Source: an uncultured Acidobacteriota bacterium (GTDB lineage: Bacteria; Acidobacteriota; UBA6911; RPQK01; JAPXNP01). From it: a stretch of 46,621 bases of DNA. Location: contig CAVZRV010000009.1 of NCBI GenBank assembly GCA_963777605.1, positions 1-46,621 on the forward strand. Direction: 5' to 3'. The notes beneath the pieces were generated by a model that was not told the origin of the DNA, ran no database searches, and saw only the letters and a program-made list of their open reading frames with translations. Shown one piece after another: positions 8,941-17,682 of the stretch (its first letter is position 1; each line of letters opens with the position of its first letter). Made by a program: the position numbers and the translations under genes.

Positions 8941-8982
8941 AGGTTTTGCAGACCTCTCCCTTAGCCACTTGGGTACGCCGCC
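8907..8982 (-). tRNA. tRNA-Cys(GCA)
   Basis: GGCGGCGTACCCAAGTGGCTAAGGGAGAGGTCTGCAAAACCTTTATTCAGCGGTTCGAATCCGCTCGCCGCCTCCA; cloverleaf, GCA anticodon, encoded CCA. Confidence 0.97.
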
Positions 8983-8998
8983 CCTCAGCGGAGACCTT

Positions 8999-9004
8999 AT
9001 TATA
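8999..9004 (-). promoter_or_regulatory. -10 box of the tRNA-Cys promoter
   Basis: TATAAT on the minus strand 16 nt upstream of the tRNA 5' end. Confidence 0.55.
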
Positions 9005-9040
9005 GCGAAATCGGGAGAGCGGGGAAGGGTTCCGGCGGAT

Positions 9041-9200
9041 TTACAGGCCGTGGTGATTCAACCAGGTCCGTCCTTGGCCGCTCTTAAAGAAGGTCTCCCT
9101 TTCCTGTGCCTGTTGTTTTGTGGGGTAGGCTTCCGAGTGGATCAACTGCAACGGTCGCCTTCGGGCGGTGGACTCCGGGGTTCTTGGGTGAGTGCGACGG
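9041..9200 (-). pseudogene. GIY-YIG small endonuclease remnant (C-terminal half)
   Basis: STARRRPLQLIHSEAYPTKQQAQERETFFKSGQGRTWL matches the small GIY-YIG C-terminus. The N-terminal GIY-YIG motif is absent and a REP cluster sits in its place. Confidence 0.7.
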
Positions 9201-9210
9201 GGGATCTGGC

Positions 9211-9390
9211 CGGGCTGGAAGCCCGCCTGACCTTGCAGGCTGGCAGCCTGGATTACTCTGAGAGGGTGCAGTGGGCACAGGCGGCACAGGCGGGACGCCT
9301 GTGGCACGGTGACGGGTGGCGGGCTGGAAGCCCGCCGGGACATTTCAGGCTGGTAAGCCTGGAATACCTTGAGAAGCCTGGAATACCTTG
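9211..9390. repeat. REP/BIME-like palindrome cluster, copy 1
   Basis: cgggctggaagcccg, caggctggcagcctg, cacaggcgggacgcctgtg, caggctggtaagcctg; tandem aagcctggaataccttg x2. Confidence 0.8.
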
Positions 9391-9483
9391 GGACAGGGTG
9401 CTGCTTTGCGGCGGGGGCTTTTGATCTTTTTTGTACTTTGAGGAGCGGGGGAACTCTGTTAGGCTCCGCTTCAAGGAGATGTC

Positions 9484-10197
9484 ATGAAGCGGTCGTTATC
9501 CTTTCCCACCGTTTGGTTCATCGGGGTGCTGGTCTGCGGGTTGCTGTGGGCTGCTGATTTCTGGGTGCAGAAGGACTACCACGAATGGTCCGAGAAGGAC
9601 TGCAACAAGATGCTGACCCGTTCGCCCTGGGCCTCTTCCAACAGCTTCCGCCGTGTGGAAAACATCGGTTCATCCCAGACCGGAGAGAGGGAGACTACCG
9701 AGATTCTCTACTTCCGGATGTTGACGGCCAAGCCGGTGCGGATGGCCCTGGGCCGTCTGCAATTGCTGCAGCGTCCGCAGGATGAGGCTTTGCGGCAGCA
9801 AGTGGAAGCCTACGTCAACGGGAACCCCGGAAACGAGATCGTGGTTCAGATCAGTTATAAGAGCATCCCGGGGGCGAGTTCGTACCTGCAGGATCTCCAT
9901 TCCTTTCTCGGATCGGCGACTCTGGCGGCATTCCGCGGGCAGACGGTCCTGGTTTCGGCCGACGGTGAGACCGTTGGACTCAAGGACTACCTTCCTGGGG
10001 GCCGAACCGGCCGAATCCTGCGTTCGTATTTCCCCGAACGGACGAGTCGGGCAAGCCATATTTCACCGGGGAGGAGAAGTCGATCACGCTGCGGAGCGAT
10101 TTCGATGTGCCGCTCAGCTTTGGGAGCGCGGGAGTACCGGGTCAACATCAAGATGAAGCCGAAAGACATGTTTTTCAATGGGACGTTCGAGTTCTGA
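9484..10197 (+). CDS. Secreted hypothetical protein (apparent compensating internal frameshifts)
   Basis: AAGGAG RBS, signal peptide, WSEKDCNKMLTRSPWA motif; low-quality segment ~10000-10130. Confidence 0.75.
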   Translation: MKRSLSFPTVWFIGVLVCGLLWAADFWVQKDYHEWSEKDCNKMLTRSPWASSNSFRRVENIGSSQTGERETTEILYFRMLTAKPVRMALGRLQLLQRPQDEALRQQVEAYVNGNPGNEIVVQISYKSIPGASSYLQDLHSFLGSATLAAFRGQTVLVSADGETVGLKDYLPGGRTGRILRSYFPERTSRASHISPGRRSRSRCGAISMCRSALGAREYRVNIKMKPKDMFFNGTFEF

Positions 10198-10218
10198 GGG
10201 GTTGAGTCGGAAAGAGAG

Positions 10219-11542
10219 ATGGTTACGCGTGTCAGAGAAAGCCGGCTACGGCGGGCGGAGTGTCGGCCCGACCGAGGTGGCGGAGTCGGGCTGTCGGCTT
10301 TCGGCGACTTCTTGTGCCTTATGGTCGTGCGGATGCGCGATTAGCGGGTTCGCCGGAGGGGCCGATCCGGGTCACCGACGCCATCGAATCGGGGAGCCTC
10401 GGGACGTGGCAGGTGGAGAATGAGACCCACCTGATCGTGAGTCCCGCGGCGCGAGTACGACCAGGACCATCTCAACTCGGCCTTGACCTGGTTTTACGGC
10501 CGGCTCTCCAATGTCGCCCATCGCGAGGTCACCATCGACCTGGTCGGCCTGGACCAGACCGTCTACAACGGCAAGACGGTGGACATCCTTCCCTTCGAGC
10601 GCAACACTCGGCCGGTCTTCTCCTATGACGGCGTGAACTGGAACCGATTCACCGATTGCCGGTTCGACAAGGCAGCGAAGCGCTTTCGCATTCGGCAGAT
10701 TTTCACTGGAGATCCGGTCTGGATCGCCTACATCATTCCCTATCCGCTGAGCCGCCTGGAGAGCTTCCTGCACGATGTTGGCGAGACACCCGGTCGTTCA
10801 AAGGTGGAGACGATCTGCCTCACCCCTGAGAAGCGCCCGCTTTACGTGGTGACGGTCCCCGGATTCGAGCGAGGATGACGCAAACCGGCCGGTGGTCTGG
10901 ATCGTAGCTCGTCAGCACGCGTTTGAAACGGGCGGATCCTGGGCGATCGAGGGATTGATCCGATTCCTCGCCTCGGACGATCCGGAGGCGCGGGAACTCC
11001 GGCGCAAGGTCCGGTTCAAGATCTGTCCGATGGTCAACCCGGACGGGGTAACCGACGGAAACACCCGGTTCAACGCTAACGGGGTGGATCTGAACCGGCA
11101 CTGGAATGCGAGCGATCCACTCTCCAGCGATCTGAAGCGGGCTCCGGAAATTGCGCTGGTCAAGCAGGCGATCCTGAACTGGAGCCGGCAGCATCGACTC
11201 GATCTCTTCATCAATATTCACAACAACGACATGGTCTGGAACGATGAGGGGGACTACATCAGCTTCGCTCCGATATCCCGGGAGGCGGACGCGCGTCGCC
11301 TGGAGGCGCTGCTGAGGGAGCAGACGGTTTACACGGGTCCGTTCGATCCCACGACGCGCGACCAGGCCACCGAAGCCGTCGTGGCGGCCGAGACGGGCAG
11401 CCTCGGGCTGATCATGGAAATGAAAACGGGCTACATGGAAAGCTTGGGAAGGTGGACTTCGGACGACCTCTTTCTCGAGCACGGCCGCGGACTTGCCCGG
11501 GCAATCCTGAGGTACTTTGAGGAGGTGCCGGAGGTCAGGTGA
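10219..11542 (+). CDS. M14 zinc carboxypeptidase (cytosolic carboxypeptidase-like), frameshifted; start uncertain
   Basis: ARQHAFE (HxxE), MVNPDG, NANGVDLNRHW, INIH; N-domain TWFYGRL...AYIIPY lies in other frames. Confidence 0.8.
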
Positions 11543-13363
11543 TGGAGCCGTCCAGTGTCGGGCCAAAGTCGAAGAAGGTTGTTCTGGCGGCCGCGATTCT
11601 GGTGGCGCTCCACCTGTCGCTCCTGCTGGCGGCACTTCCCGACTATATCGCCGACAATGACCTCGGTTTCCACATCTCCCTGGGCCGCCAGTACGGGGAG
11701 CATGGGATCTACCTCTGGGATCACCTGAACTGGGCGCCAACCGGAAGACCCAACCTGCAGGGACCGCTCCTGCATTTCTCGATCGGAATCCTGGGACGGG
11801 CTCTGGGAGGGCAAGGTGACGATTATGTCCTGGCCTTCTCCCTTCTTGCCCTCCTGCAGTGGATGGTCGCCGTGTTTACGACCTTCTGGTTCGCTCGCAA
11901 GTACGGCGGCGATTGGGCGGGATTGTTCGCGGTTGCCCTACTGACCGGGTCGATCTGGTCGGCGGGCCCCTTTTTCGTGGGAGTTCCCTCGGGATGGATT
12001 TTCATCCTGACGCCGTGGGCGATCCACTTCTTTCTCCAAAAACGGTACGCCCTCGCGACGGTCTTCACCGTCCTGGTAATGTACGTTCATCTGGGCGGGT
12101 CACCGGTCGCCCCACTGGGCGTCTTCCTGGCAGCGGTCTGGGCCCGTGATTGGAAGGGGCTCCTCAAGGTCGGGACGGCCTCTGCCGTGCTTGCCTTGCC
12201 CTACCTGATTCACTTTGCGCTTCATCTGAGCTGGTACAACGGAGTGCGAGGTCAGGTGGCCGGGGACATTGCCGTGCTGACCTACCTGCTGGCGTTGCCG
12301 AGTCTCGTTTATCTTCTCTTCCAACCCGCGGCGTTACCACTTTCTGATGATCTGGATGGTTGCGCCGATTGCATGGTTCTTCCAGGACAACCTGCGGTTC
12401 TTTCCTTCAGTCGACCGTTGCTGCGTCGGCGATTGCCGGCGTTGGAATCGCCGCCTTTCTGCCCCGGATCTCTCGAGGCGGAGTCCGCGTGGCGGCCGGT
12501 GCGGCGATCGTGCTGCTGGCGACCGTTTACCCGCTGTCGATACCCAGTCTGCCGGTCGAGACGGCCTGGGCGCTGGGTTACGGTTTTCCCCGTGAACTGG
12601 ATTGGGATGAAGCCCGGACCCTGGCGCAGATCGTGGCGAAGACTGGGTCGGGGGACCGGATCGTTCACTCCTACTACGATTCACTCAGCGGGGCGATGTC
12701 GGTCTACCATCCGCTCAGACAGGAGTTCGGGCACTGGGGCGAAGTCCGTCCCCGGGTCAACCCGGCGCGGGAAATTTCGGCGGGAGAGAAGATCTACGTC
12801 TTGCCGGTTCCCCCCGAGGACGAACTCTTGTGCCGATTCGAGCGAGAAGGACTGATCCGGATCCTGGGTGGGAGCCCGAGGACCTCGCTGGTTCTCCTCG
12901 GGGGCGAGGGGAGACTTCAAGGAACTTGCGGCGCGACTGGCGCTGATCATTAGAGACGAGTGCCACTGGGTGTCGGAGCACGGCATCAACAACCGGATGC
13001 CTCCCGTGAGCGACCTGCTGCATCCCGAGCGAGTGGAAGCGTTTCGGGCGAAGACGACGGAACAGCGCAACTGCGTTGGCCGAATCGAAGTGTGCGTGTT
13101 GGTTCTCGCGTATGCGCAGGAAGAGTGAGGACCCTGCCTTCGCGGCAGACTTAAGGCAGAGCGAGCGGGCATGGGGTTCGGTGGCGAATTTCGTCGGGGA
13201 TGAGACCGCCATCGACTATCTTGGCGATGCCCAGTTCGAGCGCTTTCAGCACCACATCGCCGCGTGGGGAGACGGGGTGGTGGAGTGGGTCGAAGGGCGG
13301 ATCCCGAGGTCCGAGGTGGACAGTTTGACTGATCGGATGTTCGATGATTTCTTTGGTGGGTAA
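11539..13363 (+). CDS. Polytopic membrane protein, possibly GT-C-like glycosyltransferase, with soluble C-terminus; multiple frameshifts
   Basis: Many hydrophobic helices; DNDLGFH loop after TM1; consecutive overlapping ORFs ending at 13363. Confidence 0.55.
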
Positions 13364-13412
13364 GACGTGTTGGGAGTAGGGGATTCGGGGGGAGCCGAGA
13401 TGTTGCTGTGGT

Positions 13413-13485
13413 CACAGGCGGGACGCCTGTGCAAGCCGGGCTGGCAGCCCGGGCGACGCTGCAGGCTGGTAGCGTGGATTACTTT
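13413..13485. repeat. REP/BIME-like palindrome cluster, copy 2
   Basis: cacaggcgggacgcctgtg, ccgggctggcagcccgg, gcaggctggtagcgtggattact. Confidence 0.75.
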
Positions 13486-13503
13486 GGCAGGGCGGAGGTA
13501 GGA

Positions 13504-15461
13504 ATGCGATTGGTGAGATGGGGATTGGGAGGGCTGTTGCTGGTGTTCGTCGGAGGCTGGAACCTGTTTTCTCAGGAGCCTCGAGATGCAGAACTGGCTG
13601 CGCGAGTGGTGTCGGCGGGGCGGCCCAGGTTGTTCTTTCAGAAAGAAGGCCTGGAGAAACTCAGGATTCAGATCCAAACGACTCACCGGGAGCAATGGGA
13701 ACGACTCAAGGCAGCGGTTGAGGCGGCCGTGAAGGAGGAACCTCCAGCTTATCTTGAACCGGAAGTGGGGGGTGATGCCACGCGGCCCGGGACCATGAAT
13801 GACGAGATGCTCTGGCAGCGGCAGTTCGGCTACCGGATTCCGGGAATGGCCCTGGCGGCTCTACTCGACCCGGATCCCCGCTATTTTGAGCTGGTTCGCA
13901 AGTGGGCTCTGACTCCGGGCGGCTATCCGCTCTGGGGCGCGGGAATTTACGAAAATACCGGACTCGCAGCCAAGCATCAGTTGTTCGGGCTTTCGATCGC
14001 CTATGACTGGCTCTACGACCGATGGTCCGAAGAGGATCGGGCGAGCCTTCGGGCGACTCTCAGAACCCACGGGCGGATTCTTTACGAGGCGGCGGAGGGG
14101 ATCAATGACCGGGGCTGGTGGAAGGATACCTGGAGGCAGAATCATGCCTGGAATGGTTACCAGGCACTGGCAGTCACCGCGATCGCCCTGGCCGGAGAGG
14201 AGCCGGATGCGGGGACATGGCTGGCGAAGGCGCTCTGGGGGGGACACCATATCGTGGCGGAACTGCCCGACGAAGGCGCCTACGAAGAAGGGTTGCCGTA
14301 CTGGGGCTACGGAATGGAAGCCCTGGTCCGATTTATGGTGGCGGTTCGTCCTTTCGCCGATGAGGACTTCTTCGCCTCTCGCTATTTCCACAATACCCCC
14401 TGTTTCGCCTCTACCTGGCCGGTCCGGATGTCCGGGAGATCGCCAATTTCGGAGACGGGCGGACGACGGACTGGCATGCGATTCGCCCGATGATGTATCG
14501 ATTTGCCTCGGAGTATCGAAGTTCTCTGACCCAGTGGCTGGCCGAATCACTACCGGTCCGAGACGACCTGGACGCCACCTGCTGGAGCCTGCTCTGGTAC
14601 GACCCCTCCGTTCCGGCTCGAGAGCCGGTCGCGGAACCTCTCTCCCACGCCTTTCGAGAAACCGGGTTCGCGGGAGCCAGGACGAGTTGGGAGAGGTCGG
14701 CCACGACGCTCCACCTCCGAAGCGGGCGAGCCGACGTTTCCCACTCCCATCTTGACGTGAACAACTTCCTGCTGAATGCGGGGGGAGAGTGGCTGCTCCG
14801 GGACTACGGCTATGGAAAGGTCGGGCCGGGCTATTTCAACAAGGACACGATCTACTTCAGCACGGGAACGTGGGGCCACAACTGCCTGGTCATTGGGGGA
14901 AAGCACCAGCGCATCGACCCGGACAGCGCGGGCCGGATTACCGATGCCGTCGACAACGGGGACCTGGTCTGGTGGCGTTCCGACGCGACTTCCTGTTACC
15001 AGGGCGCCGAGTCGGTCGTGAGGGAACTGATCCTGGTCCGACCACGGCCCGCCGGATCGGGCCGCGGCTGGGTGATCGTCCGCGATCGGGCCAGGGTGCG
15101 GGGGGCGACCAGCTTCGATTTCATGCTGCAACCCGGAGGACCGGTCTCGACCGGAACGGAGGGGCGGTTCGGCATTGAGGGCAGCGATGTGAAGCTGACC
15201 GGCCGAGTACTGTCTCCTTCCGGAGCGGGCATGACCGTGGAAAAGGGAATCGGCGGGAATGTCAATGTTGATGACCCTCTGTCGCTTCGGATTTCCGCTC
15301 CGGAGCAGGGGGCCGAGGTGGAGTTCCTGGTGGTCCTGGTTCCGCTGGACAAGAGCCGGCCGGAGCTCTCGATCCGGGCCGAGGACGGGGTGATTCGCGT
15401 CGGGACAATGCAGGTGCTGCTGCCCGAAGACGGCAAGACCGCTCCCGTGTTGATGCGGTAG
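13504..15461 (+). CDS. Heparinase II/III-like (DUF4962-type) polysaccharide lyase, frameshift ~14400
   Basis: Signal peptide, RPRLFF, IAYDWLY, QNH, EGLPYWGY, HSHLDVNNF, TWGHNCLVIGG. Confidence 0.8.
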
Positions 15462-15467
15462 CCTGTG

Positions 15468-15585
15468 CGGGCTGGAAGCCCGCTGGGACCTTGCAGGCTG
15501 GCAGCCTGGGTTACTCTGAGGGGGCTGTGGGCACAGGCGGGACGCCTGTGGCACGCTGGGACATTCCAGGCTGGAAGCCTGGGGA
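15468..15585. repeat. REP/BIME-like palindrome cluster, copy 3
   Basis: Largely colinear with 9211-9362, including the linker ttactctgag. Confidence 0.8.
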
Positions 15586-15683
15586 ACCCGTGCGGGCCTG
15601 GGAAGTTCCTGCTTCCCAAGCCCGATGGCGACGATTCAGGTTGGGTACAAGCGGAAGCTTCCGCTTCCGGCACCCGAGGCTGG

Positions 15684-16613
15684 CTATGCGGTGTACTGGC
15701 CGGCGAAGATCTGGTCCATCCGGCTGCTGAGCTCCTTCAGATAGGCTTCGTCGCCGCTGCGTACTTCGGCGCTGATCCAGCCCGTGTAATTGACTTCTCC
15801 GAGGGCCTTGTGGACGTCCTTCCAGTCGATGCCCTGGCCCCGCCGGTCGTCGGGCTTGAAGGCCGGGTGATCCGTCCCGGGTTCGAATTTCTTGATGTGG
15901 AGTTTCACGAGTCTGCTTCCGAGGGTTCGAATCCAGTCCGGTGGGAACCCGATCGAGGTCACGTTGCCGACATCGAAGTAGGCCCGAACGTATGGACTCT
16001 CGAACTCGTCGATGTAACGGGCGAACTCGAGCGGGCTCAGCAGGAAACGGTTCCCGACGTTTTCGATGGCAATGATGACGTTGAGCTCTTTAGCCAGGGG
16101 GAGCAGCTTGCGGACTTGCTCCTGCGACCTCTGGTAGACCTTTCCGTAGCCGACGGACGGGGTGACGATCCCGGGAACCAGAAGCACGGTGTCGGCTCCC
16201 AGATCGTGCGCGTTGTGCATCGATGTCACGATTCCGTCAACGCACTGCTTGACGACAGCCGGGTCGTCGTCGGTCAGGGGGTAGCGCCAGTGATCCGAGT
16301 TCATGATCGAATGAACCCTGACGCCGGTCTTCTGGGAGGCCTCACGATATTCGGCCACTTCGTCAGGAGTATTCAGGGTGTTGGGTTCGATTCCCGCGAA
16401 CCCCAGCTTGCCGGCCAGCTGGAAGCGCTCCAGAACGGTGAGATCTTTGGGCATGACCCCGATGCAGGCCGCCTTTTGAATAGTCGTTGCCGCCGCGCTG
16501 GATGATGCCGCATAGAGGCCGTTCGAAATTCCCTTGCCGAGCGCAACCGCGGAAACAGCCAGGGTGGTGTGGTTCATGAATGCTCGCCGATTCAAACATC
16601 TGCTCATTGTCAA
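15684..16613 (-). CDS. Tat-exported sugar phosphate isomerase/epimerase (AP_endonuc_2 TIM barrel)
   Basis: NRRAF Tat motif; GFAGIE, IAIENV, YFDVGN, LHIK, WISAE. Confidence 0.88.
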   Translation of the reverse strand: MTMSRCLNRRAFMNHTTLAVSAVALGKGISNGLYAASSSAAATTIQKAACIGVMPKDLTVLERFQLAGKLGFAGIEPNTLNTPDEVAEYREASQKTGVRVHSIMNSDHWRYPLTDDDPAVVKQCVDGIVTSMHNAHDLGADTVLLVPGIVTPSVGYGKVYQRSQEQVRKLLPLAKELNVIIAIENVGNRFLLSPLEFARYIDEFESPYVRAYFDVGNVTSIGFPPDWIRTLGSRLVKLHIKKFEPGTDHPAFKPDDRRGQGIDWKDVHKALGEVNYTGWISAEVRSGDEAYLKELSSRMDQIFAGQYTA

Positions 16614-16750
16614 ATTCCTCGAGTTACCGTCTGACGTCGCCTGTTCCGGAATGTCCGGAATCCAGAAAAGACTTTACACCTCCCGTCGGCAGTTGTCTCC
16701 CCATGTTTTGATCGAACACACTGATTCCGGTCCTGTCATAATGATGGGCG

Positions 16751-17678
16751 TTGACTTGGAGCGGCAGGTTGGGAACGTCTGGGATAGTGTTCGACATCAA
16801 GCGGTACTCGATCCACGATGGCCCGGGGATTCGGACCACCGTGTTCCTCAAAGGGTGCCCGCTGCGCTGTTTCTGGTGCCATAACCCGGAAAGTCAGTCG
16901 CCCGATGGGCAGTTCCTCTACCGGCCCGAGAAGTGCATCCTGTGTGAAGAGTGTGCCGATGCCTGTCCGTCGGGAGCCGTCACCCGGGACGGAGAGCGGA
17001 TGGTCCGGGATCCGCTCGAAGTGCACTCTGTGCGGAACCTGCGTGGAAGCCTGTCCGGCGGACGCCCGGGAACTCGTGGGCCGGTCGATGTCGATCGAGG
17101 AGGTCATCGAGGAAATCGAGAAAGATCGTCTCTATTTCGACGAATCGGGCGGTGGGGCCACCTTCTCCGGCGGGGAGCCGATGCTCCAGCCTGACTTCCT
17201 GGTTGCCCTGTTGAGGTCCTGTCGGGAACGGGGCATCCGCACGGCCGTGGACACCGCCGGGCACGTTCGAACCGACATCGCGTCGCGGGTCACGGAGCTC
17301 GCCGACCTGGTCCTTTTTGACCTGAAACACCTTGACCCGGACCGGCACCGTGAAGTGACCGGAGTCTCAAACTCGTTGATTATTAGGAACTTGCGTCAGT
17401 TGGTGCGGTCCGGAGCCCGGGTCGTAGTGCGAATTCCCCTGGTTGCCGGGTTCAACGACGGGGAGCAGAACATCGCCGAGTCGATCGCCTGGCTTCGCTC
17501 TCTCGACCCCGTGCCCGAAGTGAATCTCCTGCCGTTTCACCGGGCGGCGAGGGACAAGCACGGGAGATTTGGGATGCCTTATCGGGTGATCGAGGACCGG
17601 GAGCTTTCAGAATTGGAAATTGAGGCGATTTGTGAGAGGTTTTTGAGTGCCGGAATCAGCGCCAAAATCGGAGGGTAA
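16751..17678 (+). CDS. Glycyl-radical enzyme activating enzyme (radical SAM), frameshift ~17012
   Basis: HDGPGIRTTVFLKGCPLRCFWCHNPE; two ferredoxin CxxCxxCxxxCP motifs; GGATFSGGEP. Confidence 0.92.
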
Positions 17679-17682
17679 GGTC

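Larger units (their letters stand above)
1..8951. mobile_element. Integrative element (IME/satellite-like) inserted in the 3' end of tRNA-Cys
   Basis: 45-bp perfect direct repeat 1-45 / 8907-8951 equals the tRNA-Cys 3' portion. Tyrosine integrase, excisionase and Rep_trans-like gene lie next to the intact tRNA. Confidence 0.92.

Noticed and set aside
1-8951. Complete prophage, inovirus or ICE
   Set aside because: No capsid, terminase, Zot/pI ATPase, small coat proteins or T4SS genes are recognisable
9211-9390. Palindrome clusters as a CRISPR array
   Set aside because: Units vary in sequence and length, linkers are shared between clusters rather than unique, and there are no cas genes
8906-9424. 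172-aa plus-strand ORF
   Set aside because: It runs antisense through tRNA-Cys and the GIY-YIG remnant and into REP units, so it is spurious
10870-10895. TGA readthrough (selenocysteine) in the M14 peptidase
   Set aside because: The downstream part is in a different frame, so this is an indel and not an in-frame stop
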